Made by a program: the position numbers and the translations under genes. DNA of 60,526 bases, counting the filler, from Platydemus manokwari (lineage: Eukaryota), in NCBI GenBank assembly GCA_037951405.1. It is 5 parts of 5 records of this genome, joined end to end, with 100 filler letters (N's around TTAATTAATTAA, not from the genome) between each part and the next. Parts side by side here need not be neighbours in the genome. Positions count along the whole stretch, not along the records: positions 9,905 to 28,377 come from JBBMOY010388888.1; positions 28,478 to 38,614 come from JBBMOY011164769.1; 3 more parts are not named here. One strand, given 5' to 3'. Positions 25,901 to 38,480 of this stretch are shown piece after piece (the first letter of the stretch is position 1; every line of letters begins with the position of its first letter). The notes beneath the pieces were generated by a model. It searched no databases and was not told the origin of the DNA. It worked only from the letters and a program-made list of their open reading frames with translations.

Positions 25901-28900
25901 TCAAGATTAAATTAATTATAAGATCAAATAATAAGATGATTGTAAAAGAAACAATAAATTAATAGAATACATAAAGGAATAGAATGTTAAATTTAAAAGA
26001 ATTTCATTTTTAATACTTAAAATAACAATAATTATCTTATGATGAGAAGTGAAAAAAAATAATGGTTTATTATTATTAGAAAAAGAATTAATTAGATAAG
26101 AAAAAACATAGGAAAAGCTAGACTGTCGACCAATATATAAACAAATACCAAGCTACATAAATTCAGAAACTAAAAATTGAGCATAAAACCTCGATCAACT
26201 AGTTTGCTGATGAAATCAAAATTAGTCTGTCAATTTCTGAAATGCAATACAGAAGAAATCACAGAATTTTAATCAATGCTTTCTAGCATTAATTAAATTT
26301 AAATTTAATTCAAAACAATTTTTAATTCACATTTAATTGAAATTTAATTCAAATTTTATAAAAATATATATTAACTTAAAATTAGATTTATTTGTTTAAA
26401 TATATGTATATAAATAGATTTTTTATGTCTTGACTTTTCATTTCGTTTTTAATGTGTGGTTTTTTAAAATAGTAGCCGCTAACAAACGTCTCAGATGTTC
26501 ATAATTTTAAAATCAATCAAAGTATTCTTAAAATCACACAAGGCCAATAATATGGTGGACAAGTGGCATACTTTTCACAGAGGAATTGAATGATCTCTAT
26601 ACACCTGCATATAATATACTGTAAATATTTGTAGTAGTTTGGAATAAAAATATTCGGTGATAAAAATGTTTTTGTTGTATTACAAGATAAGATAAGATGG
26701 AATCTTCAAATAAAATAGGATGCAAAAGATCAATCATGATTTTACTGAGACTGTGCGCATTCATGCTTTCGCTTGTAAAAGAAGTCATTATTAAGATTTC
26801 CTAAATATTTATTTAATTCCAACAAATATTACAATTTTTAATAAAATTAAAATTCTTTTTCTAGAGAGATTTCATTATCAATTTTAATTAGGTATAGATA
26901 AAATATATAAATAATTTAATAATTATTTCATATTAAATATTCCAAAATAAATTTTTGTTGCGTTTTGTGCTTGCTTATTTATTTTTTATTCATCTTATCA
27001 GTCTCAAAATTAATTTATTGTTGATCACTGTTGTCTTAATCAGTGCACTTGTGGTCCTGATCGAGCCCTATGTACGAACTATTGAACCTATTTGTTTATT
27101 TCTTCGCCTCGCGTTTAATATTGTATGACGACAATATCAAACTGCAACAATGATCAATGGGTATTAAAAAAAACTATAATGATTTCAAAAGCTATCAGTC
27201 TCAAATCAAATTAATAACAAACACTTGAGTTTTATAAAACGTTTATTGACACCAAAATTACAACTAACACCAATTATAAATTACCACAATAGCCAAATGG
27301 TTAAATAAAATATACAATTATACGAAAATTTCTATCAAGCCTCAGGATAAGTTACAAGGTTAATAAACTGCATGCTCTAGCAGCAAAAACACTTTCAAGG
27401 ACATGCGACAAAACTCTACAATAGGAGATTTACACGAAGTCTATATTAACGATCAGTTTTTTATATAAGATCAGAACGTGTAAATGTTATTATTAATATA
27501 ATTATTTTTATTCTTTTCAACTAAATTATCCGAAAGCTTGATTAACAATTTTAATTAAAAATAAAATAAAATACAATGCTTGATTTATCAAGCTTAACAA
27601 TAAAATTGCTACAACTATATCTGCTTGAACTATCAAGCCAAAATTGATACATTGTATTAAAAGATAAAAACTGTTACAGTCAAGTCATGCACAATAAATG
27701 TTTTTTGATCAGTCAAATGAGACAATTTAGTCACAATTGAATTGATGAAATTGTTAATATTTGGATGAGACTTGGTTAGTAAAATTTTGCTATTATTTTG
27801 TTGAATCCCCAACATTTTAAATTGTAATTAAAAAATTTTTATTAAAATTTTCATTTAAAAATATTATTTAAAATTATTATTATTTAATTGGAATTCTCCT
27901 CACATTCATAACATAATAAATAAAAATATTCCTAACAATCATGTAATATTCATACGAGATTGTGTAAATATTTCAATAAATTTACTTTAAGAATTCAAAA
28001 AAATACGAAATCTAAATTATTTAAGAATTGAATATCAACATAGATTATCGATTTCAGATCTCTAAATGAGAACAAGGTATATAGTTAATTTAATTAAAGA
28101 ATGAATGAATGAACATTATCTTGTCAATTGCTGTTACAATTCTGTCACATACATTTATGGGTATATCTTGTCCGGGTGACATTCGATAATATTAAATGAC
28201 AATAAAATGCTAAATTACAGCAATAGAATAAATTTAATGTTAGTAAATGGAATTATAAAGGGTTTTATATTTTGAAAAGATTGGTGAAATCAACAATAAC
28301 GCCACTAAATTTAAGAATGAGAAAATAATCAACGAGAACAATAGTTTTATTAGAATCGTTTTGAAAATTATGCTGAGNNNNNNNNNNNNNNNNNNNNNNN
28401 NNNNNNNNNNNNNNNNNNNNNTTAATTAATTAANNNNNNNNNNNNNNNNNNNNNNNNNNNNNNNNNNNNNNNNNNNNAAAAATAAGCAGTGATATTATTA
28501 AATATATCTGTAATTAACTAACCAGATTTATAATAATAAAAATTTAAATTTAAAAACTCAAATAATGATTAGAATAGGAACTTGGTTTTAAAACTATGTT
28601 AGACATCTTTAAAGAGATATTAACTGAATTATACGAATATATCAAACATAGTAGTTATAAATAAAATTAAGTTATAAAATTATCTCATGCGCGAAAATTC
28701 ATTGTAAAGAAAGTAAGTTAAAGTACCCTTTTTCTTAACTTAAGCCAATATATTTAATGAAATTATGCTTGCTGCTGTTATTTTATAAAAAAACGAATCT
28801 AAGAACTTTAAATCATAAAAATATATTTAATCGATTTATTCAAATGAATTATGTATATCAATTATTCAATAAACGAATTAATTCATTATCAATGTATTAA

Positions 28901-29828
28901 ATCCAATGTACTTAAATCATCGCAAAAAATTGAGCATCATATTGAGTTTTATATTTATAGAAAAATATTTTATGTGCTTATTTTTCAAAAAATATTAGAT
29001 GTCATGAGAAAAAAATTCCCTAGTGTTGAAATGTTAATCTGCCAATAGTGGGCGTGGATATGCGTATATCGTTTGTCGATTTTACATCTAATGTTTGTTT
29101 GTATTCAAATCGTACCCCCCTACGTGATAAATGTAGTTGTTAAAGTTGAATTTCGTTAAATAAAATTGTCTCGAAAACGAATTGAATGAAATAGTGATTT
29201 GTCGATTAATATGTGAGTGAGTGAGTGTGTGTGTGTGTTTTGGATATTTAATTTCATATAATATTCAAGTTTCGCACGATGAAATATGTTTTCAATTAAC
29301 TGAAGATATATCGCAATTGCGTGAAAATTAAAATCATATGTTAATCGAGAGAATTTCTGTTTTATTTTCGCATACTAATAATTAAATAGCACGTTGACAG
29401 GCTGTTATATGCGAATTGCGATTTCCTTGTTTAATGAATGGGTTGGGGAAATTATTGAAAATTGGAGAAATTAACTTGAGATTATCATAAACAATCGAGA
29501 AACGTCATATCTTTTAAAAATAATGTCTTATCTGGGAGAAAATTTAATATTTTTAAAAATCAATAAATTATAATTCTAAAATTGTGGTTTCAAAATTGAG
29601 GTTGACCGTTTGATATGGTGGGTATGGCATTTATGGAAATGGGTTTCATTTGTGTTGATTAATTCTTGGCCACAAAAGTCATTTTGAGTTTTAAATACCT
29701 GAAACTATTACGTTTTATATTGATTTTTAGCAGTTTTTTAATTAGTTAATCATTATTACTTGAAATTTGTATAAATGGAAAAAAGTATGTTTTACTTTAG
29801 AAATTTAAGTTATTGTAAAGTTTTTTAG

Positions 29829-30963
29829 GCTGTCTTAACATTGATTGGATTGGAATGCATAATTATAATAACTATAGATATCTGTGTTCGCTTCATGTAA
29901 ATTTCAACGCTTTCAATTAATATTAAAATTTGTATATAGCTTGCTTATAATTGATATTTCGACCATATATGCCATTGATTTAGTATTCCTTATTTTGATT
30001 TTTTGGAACTATCTGTGCTATGGAATAATGTCAATGATGTGGAATATGCCAACGGAAGGAAAGCAATGGTTTATTATAATTTTAGCAGCGAATCTTAGCT
30101 TTATAATGATCAAAATAATCCACCCACAAATAATATGGGTTTTCATTTTAATATTATCCCTAATAGGTTAGTAAGATTTTGATTAACAATTTATGCTCCT
30201 CAGATTTTTTATGGGAACTGATACCGTATTTTCGAATAACGGAGACCGAGTTTACTAATGATCTTGATGTAAGGTTAAAATATGCCTTAATGTATACAAC
30301 GTTGCCAATGACAAGTTCGTCGATAATGCATGATTCGTCGATTGCAAATACATCAGAAAACAACATTTTCGAATGTTATAAAAATGAAGATAAAGATTTT
30401 TATATTTTTGACGACTTTAACACATTTACAACTAATAATTTTATAGGTTCTACGAATGATACGATAAATAAATATAATTCATTAGACAGAAACACTTCCG
30501 CTTTATCTCAGCCAAGTTATAGTCACCATAAAGTAATTTGGTTTCACAATTTTAATAATGTTCAACGTATGATTAGAGGTTACCCAAGGAATTAAGAACT
30601 TATGGACTTCGAGAGATCAAATTATTACAAGTAACTTTATTTAGTTTTTAAATTATTATTTCTCTTTAGAATAAATGCATAAAACGAATCAAATCAGGAG
30701 TCCAAATCCCAGTATCAAACTTATTGATGTACAATTTATTGTTCGCTGTCGTCGGATCTCGCCAAAATGCCTTAGCTCTTTATTATTCCTTTTTGTGCAC
30801 GTTTTTTTGTATCCTTATTAAAACTATATTCCATATTCATTTAGAAAAATCATTTCCAAATCAGTTCTTCTCTTTATTTTTAATATATACAATTACAACA
30901 TGTGTTACCGCATTTGTAACCACACATAATGAAAAGAATTTTTTAAACAGTATATATCCATGA
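29829..30963 (+). CDS. Divergent presenilin-like protein (TM3-TM9), predicted catalytically inactive
   Basis: Phase-consistent exons 29829-29896, 29940-30166, 30204-30532, 30577-30630 and 30670-30963. The spliced product YAIDLVFLILIFWNYLCYGIMSMMWNMPTEGKQWFIIILAANLSFIMIKIIHPQIIWVFILILSLIDFLWELIP aligns without gaps to presenilin TM4-TM6 (VAVDY...[63 protein letters not shown]). A hydrophilic loop and three further hydrophobic segments follow. The N-terminus is unresolved. Confidence 0.8.
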
Positions 30964-30972
30964 AACCTTTAT

Positions 30973-33058
30973 TTACAAAAAATGCTTGTTTAACTGTTCT
31001 GTTTTTGTAGTTATTTGATCATTACATATTTGAAATTGTTGAGAATAAAACATGGCCCATTTGGATAATCTATCAAATTCATTTTCTAGTTCAAGGATGT
31101 CTTCATTAGATATACGGATATTATTATTATCTGTATTTTTGATAATTTCATCTTTTGATTTTTGATTATCGATGTCAACATTGGCTGTCTGATAAATACG
31201 ATTTTCAATTAATTTGTATAAATCTGAATTGAAACTTCCAGTGATTTCAGGCAATTGAGAAATATCATAATCAACTGTTCTAGATTTAAATGATTTAAAT
31301 ATATCATAAAAATCATTTTGTTTATGATTTTTTGTTGAGAAATTTTCAACGATTTCTGATATTGATTTAAATTTAATGTAATCGTTTTCTTTGTATTTAT
31401 TATATATTTTAAAACCTTCGTGTAAAATGTTGGATTTATCAGCTTTATTTAATTTCTTAACTATAACATTGTCAACTTGGGCATTAATTAGATTTTCAAG
31501 TAAATCACATGGAATTTCACCTAAACAAAATGTAAAACAATGATATATGAATTATTTAAAATACTAGGTAATTGATATAAATCTATGCAACATTTTTCTT
31601 TTATATCATTCAATAAATGCCACTCTTCTTTTGTAACAATACTAATTACAGCACCATGAGAACCTATTTTAAATAAATTAATTATAAAATAGGCAAGTAA
31701 ACAACCATATCTTCCGGCCCGGCCCATTCTATGTAAATATGTTTCAAAATCCCATGGCAATCCGAGATTTATCACCAGATTGACATTTTCAGCATCAATA
31801 CCCCTTGAAGTCTAACATTATATTAAAACGTGATAGCAATTCAAATGTGACATTTATTATTCACCGGATTTAATAATTCATAAACATAAGCTCACCAAGT
31901 CTGTCGTAATTAGTACTCTACAGTGGAAACTTTTTAACTTGTTATATATGCCAATTCGCTGCTTTTGATCCAAACTCCCTGATATATAAGCACTTGACCA
32001 ACCTTTCGAATCTAAGATATCGCATAAATCTTGTGCTCTATTTTAAAATAATTATTCATAATACATAATGTATAAATTACATAGATTGATAATTTGAAAA
32101 CACAATACACTGTTGAAAGTCAACAGATGACAAAATTTCCAAAAGAACTTCTGTTTTCGAGAAAAATATTTCTCTAGGTGATAAATCTTCACAAATAAGC
32201 TTATAATAATGCGTTATTCCAAGTAATGTAGCCTTTTCGTTTTTATTAAGACGAATCATAACTGGTGAGTTCATATAGGTTATTATAGTGTCAATCATTA
32301 CATCTGTATAAGTTGCTGAAAGAGTAAGCATTTGTTTGTTCATAGGCAAAGCATTATAAATATAACTAAATAGATATTAGAATGATTTCCAAATTCAAAT
32401 ATTACTTCATCGTATTTTGAAAATTATCAGTAAAAAGCATATCTGCTTCATCTAGAATTAATAATCTGATCGAATCAGTTTGAATATGATTTTCTTCGAT
32501 TAAATACTTTATTCGGCCTACAATTTATATAATTCTCTTTCAATAAATGTACATTTACCTGGAGTTCCTACTATAATGTGGCAATGTTTGATTTTTTTCA
32601 AATCTTCATGAACCTTAATACCTAACACAAACTTTAATTGACAAATTATTAAAATTATTACCGCCTATAAATAATTGACAATTAAGATTTTCAAGAAAGC
32701 AACCGATTGATTGTATAACATTTAAACTTTGGAAAGCAATTTCTCGAGTTGGTGATACAATTAATACTTGAGCAACTTTGCTGGGTATGTGAATGCATTC
32801 TAAAGCTATTACTGAAAAAACACAAGTCTTTCCTGTTCCAGATTTAGCTTGAATAATTAAATCTAAGCCAAGCAAGCCCATTGGTATTGCCTTTACTTGA
32901 ATAGGTGAAGGATAATTAAAACCATTAAACAAAAGTCCTTTAAGAACATTATCTTTTAAATTAAGTTGAGTAAATAAAATGTTTTCTTCGGATAAAACAT
33001 CTTCAGTCCTCTTTCTTTTTTTATTAAATTCAATATCACCTTTATTTATATTAACCAT
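30973..33058 (-). CDS. DDX20: DEAD-box RNA helicase DDX20/Gemin3
   Basis: Q-motif [52 protein letters not shown] and [10 protein letters not shown]. Introns at 32622-32661, 32518-32558, 32366-32405, 32038-32080 and 31812-31895 plus two more; long last exon 30973-31520. The [13 protein letters not shown] and [12 protein letters not shown] strings are DDX20-like. Confidence 0.9.
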
Positions 33059-33599
33059 AAAAACAAATTTTCTAAAACTTAATGAAAAGTTGAACTATAA
33101 AGCATAAAATTTGCATTATTTAAACAAGATATAAAACAAAATTGCACGCTAAATTTTTTGTTTTTAAAAATGTTGCTTTTAAAATGCAATAAGGTATAAC
33201 AAACTTTTTAAAATTTTATTAACATTAAAAAATTTTTTACAAAAATGTTTCAACACCCATTAATCAGTTTCATTATAACTAATTTTACGTTAAAAATTCA
33301 TAAATACTTATAAATAAATACCTTTTAATTTCTATTATATCTTATAACTATATTGTTTCAATATATTATAACATCCTAAGATAATCATACATGTCCTGTT
33401 TAACATTTCCTAGTTGTATTAATGGAATTAACTTAGTGGCTCTATATTTTTACAATTACAACATTATACAAAACTTTAAGTTACAACTATTTCATTTCAA
33501 CAAAATGATACTCGATAACAAACATTAACCATTAAATTATGTAAAAACCATATTCTAAGTCAATTTATAAGAATATAATTTTAGACTAAATGCCGAAAA

Positions 33600-34762
33600 T
33601 TAATTTGAATTTTCCGAATCACTTCTGCTTCTTGAAAGATTTCTTTCTTCGAAAGAATGATCTTTCGATAAACTTCTTTCACGATTTCCTTGTACAGATT
33701 CTTCCTTTTCACTTTTCTCTTTCTTCACAGAAGAATGACTGTCATTTGAGTGAACACTATACCCTCTCGACTTGCTTTTATCTCGTGATGTAGAATGTTT
33801 TCTTCTTGAGCTGCTCCTACTTTCCTCCTTTGAAGGACTTTTTCTTAAAGGTGAACGACACCAATTATTTCCGTTTTTCAAAGGACTGTTTGATCTTCTA
33901 ACACTTTTGCTTCGACTTCTGGAACTTCCTGTTTTAACTTTTTTCTTAAAATAATAATAAATTAGTATTATTGAAAATTAAAAATTACAGCTGGACTTTT
34001 TGATCTCGATGAACTGCGTCTACTTTCATATGATTTACTTCTCGATGATGATCGACGAGATGATCGTCTTCGGCTACTGGTTGAGCGACGAGTTGATCTT
34101 TTCCTACCTTTACGGTAGGACGTGGATCTGCTTGAATGGGATCTTGACCTAGTTTTGGTCCTTCCTCTTACACTATCTTCATATACACGTAACTTTCGCC
34201 CACTGATTTCATATCCATCAAATTTTTTAAGAGCAGCTTTCATATCAGCCCGAGTTTTAAATTCAACTATTCTATATGTTCAAATAAATGAAATAATAAA
34301 AATAAAAACATTTAACCCTTCGTTTTGTCTTCTTTTGTGAGCATCTGCAAACATAACCTCCCCAGTTTTCCTCATTAAATCTTTTAAATCTTGCCAGCTA
34401 ACTCTAGATGGCAAATTTTCTACTAACAATCTATAATCAGTTCTAATGGGAGCATTACCGGCAAATCTCCTGCTGCTACAATACATATAAGGAAATAAAT
34501 CTTACAAAAAAATTAACCTATCAAATCGACGAGGACTTCTTCGACCAGATCTAGCATGTTCCAAAACAACTCGACCTCCTGCCAATTCTTTGTGGTGTAA
34601 ATCATGAATCGCATCATCGGCATCTCTTTCATTATCGAATTCAACAAATCCATAACCACTTTTCAATCTAATATCTTTAATCCTTCCATAACCTTTGAAA
34701 AACCTTTCAACATCTCTTTCACTTGCTCTATCAGATAATCTTCCAATAAAAACCCTTGCCAT
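33600..34762 (-). CDS. SR splicing factor, SRSF4/5/6 (B52/SRp55) family
   Basis: RRM1 ([16 protein letters not shown]), pseudo-RRM2 with SWQDLKD, and an RS domain. Exons 34518-34762, 34317-~34475, 33989-34271 and 33600-33944. Confidence 0.93.
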
Positions 34763-35599
34763 AGTTTAAAAACTCTAACATGTATAAAATAAAATATTTA
34801 ATAGCAAAAATTTACAAAATGCCTACTTTTTAAAATTAATTATTAATAAAACAAAATAGTAAAAATTTATAGTTTTTTAAAACAAATTAATACCTGATAG
34901 TTGTTTTTTCATAATATAATAAAGTATTAAATTCATAAATGTGAGTATAGAGAAATAAAGAAATTTTCAATTGGAGTTTGTTATAATTTCATAAATTTTT
35001 GTAGATATAAAAGATTTGAAAATTTGCTAAGTACATTATTTATAAATAATATTGTTTTACAATTCTAATAACATAAAGTCATAGTCAGAATATATAATTA
35101 ACTTTATTGGAATTATTAAATAGTATTATGTGAAAAAAAGTTAACAAATAGTTTTGTCTTTACTACAAATGATTGATTTGACGTTGGGCCTGACTGTACA
35201 TGTTGTGAATTAGTGTAGTTTGAAAATATAATACGGTTGATGGACTGAGAATATGTTGATTAAGAATTATTATTGATCCTAAACTCAATAGATTTATGAA
35301 TTAACAATAAGATTAGCCATTTATTTTTATCAATATCACACCAAGTAGTAATTATTGTTTTATTTTGATAAAAAAAATATAGTTTTTTGTAACATGTTGT
35401 TATCGTTGTAAGTATGAAAAAAACAAATTCAAATAATAAACATAATGAATATTTTAAAAATAATCACAATAAAATAAAACACCTATAAATTTAAAAAAAT
35501 ATTACTTAAGCTAGATGAAAACACTACCTAGAACAAAAATCACAATCGCTTAAATGAAAAACTATTAAAGGCATGATTTGCTTCGCTCATTTTTTCGAT

Positions 35600-37660
35600 A
35601 ATTCTATCAACCTAAAGTCAACCAATAAAAATAAGCAACAAGTTCATATTAATGATAATTATAGCTATATATGTTGAATAAACCTCAATTCATTTGTTAT
35701 ATAATTATTTATACCAATTATTAAAATCTAAAACTGTAAGTAAACTTAATTCTGCTTCAGTGACTTATTGATGATGCTTAATTAGAACCTTTATCTTTCA
35801 TCATAAAATTTAATAAAAGGTCTCACAAGTTTCATCTATCAGAAGTATTGTTGATACTGGTTGAACTTGAGTGTTTAATCCATTTTATTTGTCATTTTTT
35901 ATGTTAGAAATTAGACTTGAACTAAACTTTTAAATTTCACTTCTGCTTAAAAAATTTAAGTGTATGTATTAATCTTTTTGTCAGTAACTAAACACCAAGC
36001 TTTTCTCGAAGTCTCCTCAAAAATATATTAAAATATTTTTAAATTTCCTTCTCAAAAACTTTTGCTTTTCTGGCCCCAATCTCGATCAACTTCCATTTTT
36101 CGTTTCCAACAATTCATTCAGTTTTGAATCTGGTGAATTCATATGTGTAAAAATTGAAAAAGTAGTTAATCTTTTAGACTTCAAAGTATATTCCTATCAA
36201 AATTACAAAAATTCTATGGTTGGTTAAGAGACTATGTATCTGGTTTCGACAGGGACTCTAAATTTCTCATGTCTTGGCTTTAAATAAAGTTAGTTTGGTA
36301 TGTGTAAAGGTAGTCGCATATATGTAATCGAAGAACCTTACTAGATCTGTTAGGGGGTTGAAATGTTTGTGAGAGAGACTTTCAATATCTTGCTTGCTGC
36401 AAAACACTGGTTGAATTTGTTGGGAAGTCGGTTAATCAAACAATCTTTAAATTTCAAAACCAAAGATTTTGAACAAAACTTTTTAGTTCAAACACAGTGA
36501 TATTCAGCATTTTGTTAAGCTTCAGCTGGAAATAGGTCGTGTTTGCTACAAAATTTATAGCCAAAACTTAGTGTGTTAACTGTACCATAATTCTATTCGA
36601 TGTTTTGATTTTTAAGATTTCAGTTGAAGTTATCTATTTATGACAACTGGAATTAGTCAGTCGTTCTGTAAGTTATGCAAATATGTATTTTATAAAATCC
36701 AAGATTTCGGAGTGCCTTCATTTAGCTTTCTTTGGTGATAGAGGGCTTCCTTAATCTTTTTGAGGACTCAAATACTTGGAAAACTGAGGTTATTTAAAAA
36801 AATAGCTGTGCTATATACCGGTGGAGTGCCGCAATGACATCCCAATGTTGCTGAAATAAGGTTAATCGACCTTTTAGTTAAACCAAAACGAAATTTAAAA
36901 TATGGTGTCGTAAGATCTCTCCTTTGTGTCACTGGTTATTAACAATGCTATGTTATTAACAAGCTCAATCCTGGTTCAATAATACTTATTTTAATAAGTG
37001 AAAATTTAAATATTTAAAAAAGATAACACAAAAGTACCAAAATGCATGATGCCACTGTACTAGCAGATGGTCGTGCGAATGCCAGAACATCTTCAAATTG
37101 GAAAATAATACGTAAATCTTTGTCGCTAGCTTGATAGTGCAATAAAAGCATTAGATTTTAAAAATGTATAATTAAAGCAACTCACTTCTTTAATTTTTTT
37201 CTTGAACAAATCATTCACTAAAATATCCTCTTCGTTCCCTGCTGTGCCGTTAAAAACTCAGCTTCAACTAATTGTTATTCAGAAATTGCAAATTTGCGTT
37301 TAGCTAACTATGATAGTAAATCCGCACCATAATTTGTCATTTTAAATTCATTTATCTCATTGTACATTTGTACTTCTGTCCTTCTTAAATTTCTAAATAT
37401 AGATATATTACAAGGAGTTTGAGAGATACTACCTTGACGATGGTATTTGGTAGTATTTGATGTGACTATTTAAAGATAATTCATCTAGTAATAACTCGTT
37501 GAAAAATCTGTAAATTAGATAGAGATTATTAAAGTCAGAACAATAGAGATTACACCAATTCTGATAGGTATCCAAATCAGAATAGTAGGTTGCGTGCATA
37601 ATTCGGATAGTATAGTAATGATAAAATAATAAAATAATGAACCAATGATATGAATACTTT
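35600..37660 (-). pseudogene. Decayed Cys-containing coding-like segment, possible env/viral glycoprotein relic
   Basis: Minus-strand fragments with hydrophobic stretches, N-x-T sequons (FNGT, FNYT) and Cys clusters (TKRSINLISATLGCHCGTPPVY; KFCSKHDLF; FCSKSLVLKFKDCLINRLP); many stops. Confidence 0.3.
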
Positions 37661-37949
37661 TATTATAATATAAAATTATCGAATGTGTAATGCTAAAATA
37701 TTAACAAAGGTTTAGTGTTGATGAGAACCAACCGATGTAGGGAACTAAGTGCCGCCCTACTTAGGACAATAAACTATAGATGTGAGTTTTCATTGCAAAC
37801 CTTTTCGGCTTTACAATTAGTATTTTAGTTCTGCAAATTTCAACGAGCTTTGCGAGGGGATGAGTGAAGTTAAATCAATAAAATCTACCATTGGCATAAA
37901 TTTATAAAATTGATTAAAAATATAAAAGGATTATAGGATGATGTGTACC

Positions 37950-38480
37950 TAAGCTTAATGTTGAGGTATCCCTAAGCTGAGTGAAGATAATTGATTCGAA
38001 AATTTCAATGAAGTGAAGCTTGTCCAAGAAGAATGTAGTCGCTTATGAGTGTAGATAAAACAGAATGTGGAATTGCTACGAGTCGAGATAGTGCACCGAA
38101 AGTAATGTACTGAAATTTTCTCCCAGAAATTTATGTGCCATTTCCCAATTTTGAGATTGGTTTATATATTTTCTGTGAGAGTGGTGATAAATTTTCCTCG
38201 AATTATTTTTTCCCTTAGTAATTTATTTATTTTCCGTTGTGATTCAACATTACTATTGCTTTCGCCTTAGCAATATGCAAATCACCATGGTGATGTGAAT
38301 TAATTTCGGGGTTGGCTTATTCAACTTATTATTTACATTATTAGTGTGGGTGGGATGTAGGCTGAATGTTCCCAACAACTCACTCACTACAATCGTTTGT
38401 TTATAAATTCTGGAAACCAACACCAAGGTGTGGTTTATACTACTATACAACGCATATAAAATTTTCATTCCGATTCTTCT
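37950..38480 (-). mobile_element. Degenerate LINE AP-endonuclease fragment
   Basis: Ordered remnants SAYIPP, HGDLHI and LISDY match the APE motifs Y.PP, GD.N and SDH. Confidence 0.35.
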
